From a virus (lineage: Duplodnaviria > Caudoviricetes), in the IMG/VR virus record IMGVR_UViG_3300025658_000218, positions 1-55,438 of that record: DNA of 55,438 bases, one strand, 5' to 3'. The translations under genes were made by a program, and so were the position numbers. Every line of letters begins with the position of its first letter. The stretch's first letter is position 1. Below are positions 1 through 7,937 of the stretch, piece after piece. A model generated the notes under the pieces. That model worked only from the letters and a program-made list of their open reading frames with translations. It searched no databases and was not told where the DNA came from.

Positions 1-372
1 CATTTTACCGAGTGTGAAGAACTATATAAAGGATATATTCAGTACAAAGATTTTGATAGTATCTATCCTATATACAGAGAAGACTGGACAAGAGGCACAG
101 TATTTGGGTATTACGACAACGATGAACTAGCAGCATGGAGTTGCTATTATGTTTATCCAAGTAAAAAGATTGTACATGCTGATCAATTTGCGTGGAACTA
201 TAAAAATCCTAAACTTAAATTAGGTTATAAAAGTTTACGTAGTGAATGTGCATACTTTAGAGAGCAAGGATTTAATTATCTTATATTAGGTGATATGTAT
301 AGTTACAAACAAGAAATGCAAGGATTTGAAATAATTACATACGAATCCAAAGGCGCATTTGAGCAATGTTAG
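1..372 (+). CDS. 5'-truncated GNAT-fold protein resembling the C-terminal domain of arginyl/leucyl-tRNA-protein transferases (ATE1/Bpt-like)
   Basis: Frame 1 is open from base 1 to TAG at 370-372 and is absent from the ORF track. It translates as ...FAWNYKNPKLKLGYKSLRSECAYFREQGFNYLILGDMYSYKQEMQGFE..., matching the ATE_C pattern Y.P....LG..S...E.......G..YLYLG......YK. Confidence 0.5.
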   Translation, partial: HFTECEELYKGYIQYKDFDSIYPIYREDWTRGTVFGYYDNDELAAWSCYYVYPSKKIVHADQFAWNYKNPKLKLGYKSLRSECAYFREQGFNYLILGDMYSYKQEMQGFEIITYESKGAFEQC

Positions 373-404
373 CGTCCTAACTTATACTATCAGTTAAATA
401 CAGT

Positions 405-608
405 ATGGAACGCAAAGAAGCATATAGAATGTACTTCCTAGTTAAAGGACATATCGATATTACCGATGCAACAGCCTTTTCAAGCGCAGACGGATATTTT
501 GCAAGACTATGGCGTGCCGGTGCAGACGGCGCTCCTCTTTATGATTATGACGACCTGTTCGAAATAGCTTGGGCAGACAAAATTAAACGTGAACATAATA
601 GTATATGA
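405..608 (+). CDS. hypothetical protein
   Basis: 67 aa ORF in line with its neighbours, with TAAATA just upstream (395-400). Confidence 0.6.
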   Translation: MERKEAYRMYFLVKGHIDITDATAFSSADGYFARLWRAGADGAPLYDYDDLFEIAWADKIKREHNSI

Positions 609-614
609 TAAATA
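608..614 (+). promoter_or_regulatory. putative T4-like late promoter core (ATAAATA)
   Basis: ATAAATA lies just before ORF 639. The same motif recurs before ORFs at 395, 13121, 19513 and 24369. Confidence 0.4.
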
Positions 615-638
615 CCTCATAGCTAAAAGGGGGATCCA

Positions 639-857
639 ATGGTTGCTAAACAATTTCAAAATTTATCCGAAGACGATCTAAAGTACATTGAACAATTACT
701 AGGTAACGAACTACGTAAAGAAATGGACAATAATAAAACTTGGGATTCAAAACATCACTATAGTCGCCCATTTGACAAATCTAATCGCATTCTTGCTTGC
801 TTAAATGCTGTAAAAGCTCAAAGAGATCTTACTAAAAAACTTTCTGTGAAGTGGTAA
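639..857 (+). CDS. hypothetical protein
   Basis: 72 aa ORF with a GGGGGA RBS. Confidence 0.65.
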   Translation: MVAKQFQNLSEDDLKYIEQLLGNELRKEMDNNKTWDSKHHYSRPFDKSNRILACLNAVKAQRDLTKKLSVKW

Positions 858-864
858 TTAACAC

Positions 865-893
865 TTGACAAACTAAGCTATTACCTGTATATT
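865..893 (+). promoter_or_regulatory. sigma70-type promoter
   Basis: TTGACA(865-870)-17 bp-TATATT(888-893), intergenic, before the AAGGAG RBS of ORF 915. Confidence 0.7.
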
Positions 894-914
894 AAGTTAT
901 ACAAGGAGTTTCTT

Positions 915-1175
915 ATGAGTGATCGTACCTACGGGCAAGAAGAAAAAGCAAAACTAGAACGTCTAGTCAAAGAAGGCGTAACTGTTTTACAAGAGATTGA
1001 AGATCTAAACGCAGGACTTAAAGATACTGTAAAGGCAGTAGCAGAAGAACTGAACGTAAAGCCTTCACTAATTAATAAAGCAATTAAAGTTGCAATGAAA
1101 CGTGACTGGGACAAGCATCAAGACGAGTTTGAAGACTTGGAAACTATTGTTGCTACAGTCGGCGTTGACAAGTGA
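915..1175 (+). CDS. small dsDNA-binding protein, T4 DsbA/GapR-like
   Basis: 86 aa helical protein; EIEDLNAGLKDTVKAVAEELNVKPSLINKAIKVA fits the DsbA/DUF2312 pattern; lies upstream of the polymerase. Confidence 0.6.
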   Translation: MSDRTYGQEEKAKLERLVKEGVTVLQEIEDLNAGLKDTVKAVAEELNVKPSLINKAIKVAMKRDWDKHQDEFEDLETIVATVGVDK

Positions 1176-1453
1176 TAAAGGCTGTCATAGATTTTTGTAA
1201 AGAAAGTTACAGGCTTTCTCCTCTAGCATTTTATTGTGAAATGGTAGAAACAACAGTTTTGATTGCAGCAAGTGCTATACTTACATTTACAGTGCTTGAT
1301 CCTGCAACAGAACTTTTTATTCCATTATACTTGATTGGTAGTATACTTGGTGTAGTTAGTACAGTTATTAGAAAAGCAGCATTTGCAATTGTGCTATGTA
1401 GTTGGTTTGTTGTAATGAACTCAATTGCTATGGTGCAGTTATTCATACTGTAA
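1172..1453 (+). CDS. small membrane protein
   Basis: 93 aa with about three hydrophobic segments; GTGA overlap with the upstream gene. Confidence 0.65.
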   Translation: MIKAVIDFCKESYRLSPLAFYCEMVETTVLIAASAILTFTVLDPATELFIPLYLIGSILGVVSTVIRKAAFAIVLCSWFVVMNSIAMVQLFIL

Positions 1454-1522
1454 TATATAATATAGAGTCGTCCACTTACGGACAGGTAGAAGGTTAGTTG
1501 GCCACAAGCAACAGGAGATTGA

Positions 1523-4189
1523 ATGAGTTACGTAGACGCATTGTTTGACCGCGATCAAGATATGATCCGTGTAGTTGAACGCAAAGACGGTAAAAGAGAA
1601 TACCGCGAGTATCAAGCAAAATATACATTTTATTACAAAGACGAACGAGGCAAGTACAAGAGTGTGTACGGCGATAATCTAAGTCGTATTGTATGCAAGA
1701 ATACAAAGGACTTTCGTAAAGAAGTAGCAATTAACAAAGGAAAGGAGCTATTTGAGAGTGATATTAATCCAATATTTCAGTCATTATCTGAAAACTATCT
1801 CAATCAAGATGCGCCTAAACTTAATATTGCGTTCTTCGATATTGAGACTGACTTTGATCCAGAGCGTGGGTTTGCTGATCCTGCTGATCCTTTCATGCCA
1901 ATCACCTCTATAAGTGTATACTTACAGTGGTTAGAAACAATGGTGTGTTTAGCTGTTCCGCCAAAGACACTTACAATGGATCAAGCAAAAGCAGAACTTG
2001 AAGGTATTGAAAATGTAATGCTGTTTGAGCGTGAAGGTGACATGATTGACACATTCTTAACGCTAATTGAAGATGCTGATATTTTGTCAGGTTGGAACAG
2101 CGAAGGTTATGATATTCCGTACACTGTTAACAGAACTATGCGTGTACTAAGCAAAGACGACACACGTAGATTCTGCTTGTGGGGGCAACTGCCTAAGAAA
2201 CGTGACTATGAAAAGTATGGTAAAGCAGCAGTTACATTTGATCTAGTAGGTCGTGTACACTTAGACAGTTTAGAACTATACCGCAAATATACATACGAAG
2301 AACGCCATAGTTACAGACTAGATGCTATTGGTGAGATTGAAGTAGGTGAGAATAAAGTGCCATATGAAGGCACACTTGATCAGCTATACAACAATGACTT
2401 CCGTAAGTTTATTGAATATAACATTCAAGATACTGCATTGCTTGACAAGCTAGATAAGAAACTACGTTTTATTGATTTGTCTAACGAACTAGCACATGCA
2501 AACACAGTACTTCTACAGACTACAATGGGCGCTGTTGCTGTTACAGAGCAGGCTATTGTTAACGAAGCACATCATAGAGGATTGCAGGTTCCTAATCGTC
2601 CAAAGCGTGATGATCAAGTTAGCACACAGGCAGCTGGTGCATATGTTGCATTTCCAAAGAAGGGCTTGCACAAGTGGATTGGTTCGATGGATTTGAACTC
2701 GCTATATCCAAGTGTGATTCGTGCATTAAATATGGCTCCAGAAACTATTATTGGACAAATACGTCCAGAAATTTCAGATGCTCGCGTACACGAAGACACA
2801 ACACTAAAGAAAAAGTCATTTGCAGGTAGTTGGGAAGGACGATTTAGCACAGAAGAATACGAAGCTGTAATGGAACAACGTAAGGACATTGCACTAACTG
2901 TGGATTGGGAGTCAGGCGGTAGTGATATACTAAGTGGTGCTGAAATACACAAAGTAATCTTCGATAGTAATCAACCTTGGATGCTTAGTTCAAACGGTAC
3001 TATCTTTACAACAGAGTTTGAAGGCGTTATTCCAGGTATCTTAAAACGTTGGTATAGCGAACGTAAAGACTTGCAGAAGATGCTAAAGAAAGCAAAGGAC
3101 GCAGGCAACACAGCAGAAATTGAATACTGGGATAAAAGACAACTTGTTAAAAAAATTAATCTTAATAGCTTGTATGGCGCTATTCTCAACCCTGGGTGCC
3201 GTTTTTTCGATAAGCGTATTGGGCAGTCTACTACACTAACAGGTAGAACTATTGTTAAGCATATGTCAGCAGAAGTAAACAAGGTTATTACAGGTACGTA
3301 TGATCATGTTGGCGAAGCAATGATTTATGGTGATACTGACTCTTGTTACTTCAGCGGATATCCTACACTTAAAAGTGAAATTGATGCAGGTAACTTGCCG
3401 TGGGACAAAGACAATGTAATCACACTGTATGATCAAGTGTGCGAAGCAGCAAATGCAACGTTTCCAGACTTTATGATGCAAGCATTCCATTGCCCTAGGA
3501 GCCGCTCAGACGTTATTGCAGCAGCAAGAGAAATTGTTGCAGAGTCTGGCTTATATATTACTAAGAAGCGTTATGCAGCACTTGTATACGACATTGAAGG
3601 CTTTAGAAGCGACACAGATGGCAAGCCGGGCAAAGTAAAAGCAATGGGCTTGGACTTGCGTAGATCAGATACTCCGGTGTTTATGCAGGACTTTTTAAAA
3701 GAACTATTAGAGATGGTACTTACTGATGTTCCGCAAAGTAAAGTGTTAGAACGTATTACAGAGTTCCGCAAAGAGTTTTCAGATAGGCCTGGATGGGAGA
3801 AAGGTACACCCAAACGTGCAAATAAAATTGGACACTATAGACGCTTAGAAGAAAAGCAAGGTAAAGCAAATATGCCCGGGCATGTTCGAGCAAGTCTTAA
3901 CTGGAACACGCTTAAAAAGATGAACGGTGACAAGTATTCGCAGGAAATTGTTGACGGTATGAAAGTTATTGTCTGCAAACTAAAAACTAACTTAATGGGA
4001 TATACAAGCGTTGCGTATCCTACAGACGAACTGCGTATTCCGGATTGGTTTAAAGAATTGCCGTTTGATGATGCACTAATGGCTGAAACAATTATTGACA
4101 ACAAGTTAGATAACTTAATTGGTGTGCTTGATTATGATTTAGAATCAACTAAAAACGATACAACAATACAAAGTTTCTTTTCGTTCTGA
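1523..4189 (+). CDS. polB: family B DNA polymerase with 3'-5' exonuclease
   Basis: ExoI DIETD, ExoII WNSEGYDIPY, ExoIII YNIQD; polymerase motifs DLNSLYPS, KKINLNSLYG, YGDTDS, KKRYA; AGGAG RBS. Confidence 0.97.
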   Translation: MSYVDALFDRDQDMIRVVERKDGKREYREYQAKYTFYYKDERGKYKSVYGDNLSRIVCKNTKDFRKEVAINKGKELFESDINPIFQSLSENYLNQDAPKLNIAFFDIETDFDPERGFADPADPFMPITSISVYLQWLETMVCLAVPPKTLTMDQAKAELEGIENVMLFEREGDMIDTFLTLIEDADILSGWNSEGYDIPYTVNRTMRVLSKDDTRRFCLWGQLPKKRDYEKYGKAAVTFDLVGRVHLDSLELYRKYTYEERHSYRLDAIGEIEVGENKVPYEGTLDQLYNNDFRKFIEYNIQDTALLDKLDKKLRFIDLSNELAHANTVLLQTTMGAVAVTEQAIVNEAHHRGLQVPNRPKRDDQVSTQAAGAYVAFPKKGLHKWIGSMDLNSLYPSVIRALNMAPETIIGQIRPEISDARVHEDTTLKKKSFAGSWEGRFSTEEYEAVMEQRKDIALTVDWESGGSDILSGAEIHKVIFDSNQPWMLSSNGTIFTTEFEGVIPGILKRWYSERKDLQKMLKKAKDAGNTAEIEYWDKRQLVKKINLNSLYGAILNPGCRFFDKRIGQSTTLTGRTIVKHMSAEVNKVITGTYDHVGEAMIYGDTDSCYFSGYPTLKSEIDAGNLPWDKDNVITLYDQVCEAANATFPDFMMQAFHCPRSRSDVIAAAREIVAESGLYITKKRYAALVYDIEGFRSDTDGKPGKVKAMGLDLRRSDTPVFMQDFLKELLEMVLTDVPQSKVLERITEFRKEFSDRPGWEKGTPKRANKIGHYRRLEEKQGKANMPGHVRASLNWNTLKKMNGDKYSQEIVDGMKVIVCKLKTNLMGYTSVAYPTDELRIPDWFKELPFDDALMAETIIDNKLDNLIGVLDYDLESTKNDTTIQSFFSF

Positions 4190-4461
4190 TGCGGAAATAT
4201 TTTAAAAGAATATTCGTAGCATGGAGTATTTTTTGGAACACAGTATTTGGTGGTAGAAATAATCAAACTATAAGCGCAAGGATGTGGCAAAGGAAACGTG
4301 ATCGCAAATGGCATATTGTTCCTATTATAGATAGATTATTTTGGTGGGAAAAAGGTCACTGTCAAGACAGCTGGGTTAAATGGACAATTATTAATCACGC
4401 AATACGCAAATACGACGATCATATGGGATTCGGTAGAAAAAGGAATCATTGGTACGAATGA
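4189..4461 (+). CDS. hypothetical phage protein
   Basis: 90 aa, coupled to the polB stop; contains N...GG..NQTISAR and I..LF.WE..HC. Confidence 0.65.
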   Translation: MRKYFKRIFVAWSIFWNTVFGGRNNQTISARMWQRKRDRKWHIVPIIDRLFWWEKGHCQDSWVKWTIINHAIRKYDDHMGFGRKRNHWYE

Positions 4462-4886
4462 GAATAGGATTTACATGCAGCACTTTTGACTTACTACATG
4501 CAGGACATGTTACTATGTTGCGTGAAGCAAAAGATCAATGCGACTATCTTATAGTAGGATTGCAAACAGACCCTAGTGTAGATAGACCAGAAAAGAACGC
4601 TCCAGTACAAACTGTTGTTGAACGCTATACACAATTAAACGGAATAAAATATGTAGATGAAATAATTCCGTATAATAGTGAAAAAGATCTAGAAGATATC
4701 TTGACAATGTACACAATCCATGTTAGAATATTAGGAGAAGAGTATAAAGATAAAACTTTCACAGGTAGAGCTATTTGTGCAAAGAGAGGCATAGAACTAT
4801 ATTTTAACAAACGTGATCATAGATTTAGCAGCAGTGATCTAAGAGAACGTGTAACACAACGAGGAATAAATGCCCAACGAAACTGA
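4458..4886 (+). CDS. cytidylyltransferase, glycerol-3-phosphate CTase (TagD)/RfaE-II-like
   Basis: FDLLHAGH (HxGH) motif, LIVGLQTD, YVDEII, R...FSSS; start placed at the ATGA overlap at 4458. Confidence 0.88.
   Translation: MRIGFTCSTFDLLHAGHVTMLREAKDQCDYLIVGLQTDPSVDRPEKNAPVQTVVERYTQLNGIKYVDEIIPYNSEKDLEDILTMYTIHVRILGEEYKDKTFTGRAICAKRGIELYFNKRDHRFSSSDLRERVTQRGINAQRN
4701..4729 (+). promoter_or_regulatory. internal sigma70-type promoter with extended -10
   Basis: TTGACA(4701-4706)-17 bp-TAGAAT(4724-4729) with TG at 4721-4722, inside the cytidylyltransferase gene. Confidence 0.5.
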
Positions 4887-5007
4887 CGTAACACTGGATG
4901 ACTTAAAGAAAATTTTATCAGCTACTGGATTAGAATTTTACGTAAAGAAACAAAAAGACTGTATTGTAAAAGTACACTTTATGGTAAGAGATGAAGATGA
5001 CGATTAA
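4870..5007 (+). CDS. small hypothetical protein (45 aa, not in ORF track)
   Basis: GAGGA RBS; MPNETDVTLDDLKKILSATGLEFYVKKQKDCIVKVHFMVRDEDDD; fills the gap between its neighbours. Confidence 0.55.
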   Translation: MPNETDVTLDDLKKILSATGLEFYVKKQKDCIVKVHFMVRDEDDD

Positions 5008-5695
5008 GTACATATTTGATGTAGACGGTACCTTAACTCCTAGCAGAGGTTTAATGGACCTAGACTTCAAGGCATGGTTTAATACATTCTGTCTAGTAAA
5101 TGACGTATATCTAGTTACTGGTAGTGACCGAGATAAAACATTTGAGCAAATTGGACATACTATAGATCTTACTAAAGTTGTATTCAATTGTTCGGGTAAT
5201 GATGTTTGGGCTGCTGGTGTAAATGTTCGCAGAAGTGAATGGACGATGCCGGACACATTGCGTAGTATGCTCAACGGTTGGTTACAACAAAGTAGTTTTG
5301 TATTACGAACAGGTAATCATATCGAAGAACGGCCTGGATGTGCAAACTTTTCAGTTGTTGGCAGAAACGCTACACTAGGTGAGCGTAAACTATATATTAA
5401 ACACGACGAAGGTATGCGTGAACGTGAAACGATTGCACACCAAATTAATTCACACTATGAAGATATAACTGCAACTATAGGTGGTGAAACAGGCATAGAC
5501 ATTTATCCTACTGGCTGTGACAAAGGCCAAGTGCTGTACGAATTTAATGATCATGATACCTTATACTTCTTTGGTGATAAAGTGTTGCCTGGTGGCAATG
5601 ACTATCCACTTGCAAAATTACTAAAACATCCAAGTAAAGTGTTTGCTGTTTCTGATTGGCGCGATACATGGCGAATTTTAAAGGATTTAAAATGA
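4997..5695 (+). CDS. HAD-IIB phosphomannomutase-like protein (eukaryotic PMM type)
   Basis: FDVDGTLTPSR, VTGSD, HIEERPG..NFSVVGRNA, IGGETGIDIYPTGCDK, FFGDK..PGGNDYP, all characteristic of the PMM/Sec53 family. Confidence 0.82.
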   Translation: MTIKYIFDVDGTLTPSRGLMDLDFKAWFNTFCLVNDVYLVTGSDRDKTFEQIGHTIDLTKVVFNCSGNDVWAAGVNVRRSEWTMPDTLRSMLNGWLQQSSFVLRTGNHIEERPGCANFSVVGRNATLGERKLYIKHDEGMRERETIAHQINSHYEDITATIGGETGIDIYPTGCDKGQVLYEFNDHDTLYFFGDKVLPGGNDYPLAKLLKHPSKVFAVSDWRDTWRILKDLK

Positions 5696-6429
5696 AAGTA
5701 GGTATTGCAGGTTACGGTTTTGTCGGGCAAGCACACGAATATGTAATAAGTGACGATCTAGTCATATACGACCCGTTAAAAGGAATGAACGGAGATCTTA
5801 GTCGAGCTAGTTGCATTATTATATGTGTATCAACACCTCAACATAATGATGGATCCTGCGACATGTCTAACATAGTTGATGTGATTAACAATGTACCTAA
5901 TATACCTATACTTATTAAGAGCACAATTTCAATTGAAGGATGGCGCAATTTACTGTTGTCTTTTCCGGATAAGCAGTTAGCATTTTCACCCGAGTTCCTT
6001 ACTGCAAAAAATGCAAAAGAAGATTTATTTTATGCACGTAATTTATGGTTAGGCGGGGAGAGCATAAATTTCTGGTTAGAAAACTTTGCTAGATGGTGGC
6101 CTGCTGCTTCTACTATTATTGCACAGCCTGAGGAATTGATACTTACAAAATATTTCCGTAATGCGTACCTTGCTACAAAGGTAAGTTTCTTTAATCAAGT
6201 ATACGATTTGTGTGAATCGCTTGGAGTGGATTTTGATACAGTTAAACAGTCGATCGGTAATGACGAACGTATAGGACATAGTCATACAAATATTTCTAAA
6301 GAACGAGGATACGGCGGGCATTGTTTTCCTAAAGACATATCTGCCTTACTTGATACTGCTGAACGAAATAATGTAGATCTTAGTTTAATTACTACTTCAA
6401 AAAATTATAATAATAAGATTAGAACATGA
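5692..6429 (+). CDS. ugd: UDP-glucose/GDP-mannose 6-dehydrogenase family protein lacking the C-terminal domain
   Basis: GYGFVG Rossmann motif, IICVSTP, IKSTI, FSPEFL, KYFRNAYLATKVSFFN, catalytic GYGGHCFPKD. Confidence 0.85.
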   Translation: MKVGIAGYGFVGQAHEYVISDDLVIYDPLKGMNGDLSRASCIIICVSTPQHNDGSCDMSNIVDVINNVPNIPILIKSTISIEGWRNLLLSFPDKQLAFSPEFLTAKNAKEDLFYARNLWLGGESINFWLENFARWWPAASTIIAQPEELILTKYFRNAYLATKVSFFNQVYDLCESLGVDFDTVKQSIGNDERIGHSHTNISKERGYGGHCFPKDISALLDTAERNNVDLSLITTSKNYNNKIRT

Positions 6430-7178
6430 AAATACTACTAACTGGACATCAGGGGTTTATTGGATCTGTACTACAAGACAGACTGCTTTCTGCAGGACAT
6501 AATGTACACGGTATTGATCTTTTATCTGGTGATGACTTGTTAACATGCGAATTACCAAATCAAGACTTTGATTTAATTATACATTTAGCAGGACGATCGG
6601 GTGTACGTGAAAGTATAAACGATCCAAGTGCATACTGGATGAATAACGTTGAAGCAAGTCGTAGATTGTTTACTCGATATCCTGATACACGTATATTGTA
6701 TGCAAGTAGTTCGAGTGCTTACGAGCCCGATTTGAACCCTTATGCAGCGTCTAAGTTTGTACTAGAAGAACTTGCTGAACGGTACCCGCATACGCTGGGA
6801 TTAAGACTGCATACAGTCTGGTCTGATACTCCACGTAAAGGCATGTTTGTTGAAAAGCTAATGAACAATACACTTACATATGTAACACGGCATCATCGAG
6901 ACTTTGTACATATAGAAGACGTAATCGATGCTATTGAAATACTAATAGAAAAAGATTACATAAACGGGACTATTGACGTAGGTAACGGTTTTCCTATCAA
7001 AGTCCAAAACTTTGCACCCGACAGTCCCATCCGTCTAAATACCCCAGGTGAGCGTGATTATACTTGTGCAAATACAGAAATGCTGTCCAGTTTAGGATGG
7101 AAACCTAAATACGATATAACAAAACACTTGACATTTGTGTCAAATGATAATAAAATAGTTAATATTAATGGAGATTAA
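6426..7178 (+). CDS. NAD-dependent nucleotide-sugar epimerase/dehydratase (extended SDR)
   Basis: TGHQGFIG, HLAG, YASSSSAY, YAASK (YxxxK), RDFVHIED. Confidence 0.9.
   Translation: MKILLTGHQGFIGSVLQDRLLSAGHNVHGIDLLSGDDLLTCELPNQDFDLIIHLAGRSGVRESINDPSAYWMNNVEASRRLFTRYPDTRILYASSSSAYEPDLNPYAASKFVLEELAERYPHTLGLRLHTVWSDTPRKGMFVEKLMNNTLTYVTRHHRDFVHIEDVIDAIEILIEKDYINGTIDVGNGFPIKVQNFAPDSPIRLNTPGERDYTCANTEMLSSLGWKPKYDITKHLTFVSNDNKIVNINGD
7128..7156 (+). promoter_or_regulatory. sigma70-type promoter for the clamp-dpdA unit
   Basis: TTGACA(7128-7133)-17 bp-TAAAAT(7151-7156), 25 bp upstream of ORF 7182. Confidence 0.7.
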
Positions 7179-7181
7179 CAC

Positions 7182-7937
7182 ATGAAAGATATCTTATTAG
7201 ATATTATTACACATACACATTCGTTGGGTGTATTGCCTATGCTAAGGCTTGACATTGACGATAATAGTAATTTACAAATTTGTTCTAATAGCGACGACAA
7301 GGCAACTTGTATTATGTTAGCAAATATGCACCAGCCTGTACCTGAGTTTAGTGCAGGAAGTACTATTGGTATGAGTAATTTAGAAAAAGTAAATTTATTA
7401 CTTAAAAATCCTGAGTATGAAAAGGATGGAGTGATTACAGTTCTTAACGGTACTACACAAAACGGTGTAGACGTGAGTCGCACTATACATTTTAAAAATG
7501 CAAGTGGTGACTTTCAAAATGAATATAGACTAGTGTCACCGCAGATTATCGAAGCAAAGTATACAGTGCCAGTATTTAAAGGTGCAAATTGGGAGTGCGA
7601 ATTTACTCCGAGCTTGGCTGCAATTTCTCGTATGAAACTTATGACATCATTGCACAACGAAGAAAATTTAGTACAAATTGGCACTAAAGAAACAGGCGGA
7701 AAACATGACTTGTATCTTAGCTGGGGTGATGCTAATACACACGCAGGCGAGTATGTATTCCAAGAAGACGTAGGAAGTGAGATTAAGTTTAATTCTTATA
7801 TCTCAGAAATCTTATTAAAAGTATTATCACTAACAGGCGATATTACAATGTCAGTTACTGGTAACGGCTTATTAAAGTTTAGAATTGACACTGGCTTAGG
7901 CGAATATGAGTATTACTTTCCGGCTCAAGCAAAATGA
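7182..7937 (+). CDS. probable DNA sliding clamp (PCNA/gp45-like)
   Basis: 251 aa is clamp-sized. It has an alternating beta/alpha pattern, and its C-terminus LLKFRIDTGLGEYEYYFPA resembles the PCNA end. It sits in a replication context. The fold is not verified. Confidence 0.5.
   Translation: MKDILLDIITHTHSLGVLPMLRLDIDDNSNLQICSNSDDKATCIMLANMHQPVPEFSAGSTIGMSNLEKVNLLLKNPEYEKDGVITVLNGTTQNGVDVSRTIHFKNASGDFQNEYRLVSPQIIEAKYTVPVFKGANWECEFTPSLAAISRMKLMTSLHNEENLVQIGTKETGGKHDLYLSWGDANTHAGEYVFQEDVGSEIKFNSYISEILLKVLSLTGDITMSVTGNGLLKFRIDTGLGEYEYYFPAQAK

Noticed and set aside
2496-4104. Several antisense and alternate-frame ORFs inside polB
   Set aside because: They are fully nested in a motif-complete polymerase and have no RBS or recognisable motifs; they are shadow ORFs.
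1523-4189. Intein or intron in the DNA polymerase
   Set aside because: The ORF is a continuous 888 aa with all motifs present. The insert after motif A lacks intein C/S...HN ends and LAGLIDADG motifs.
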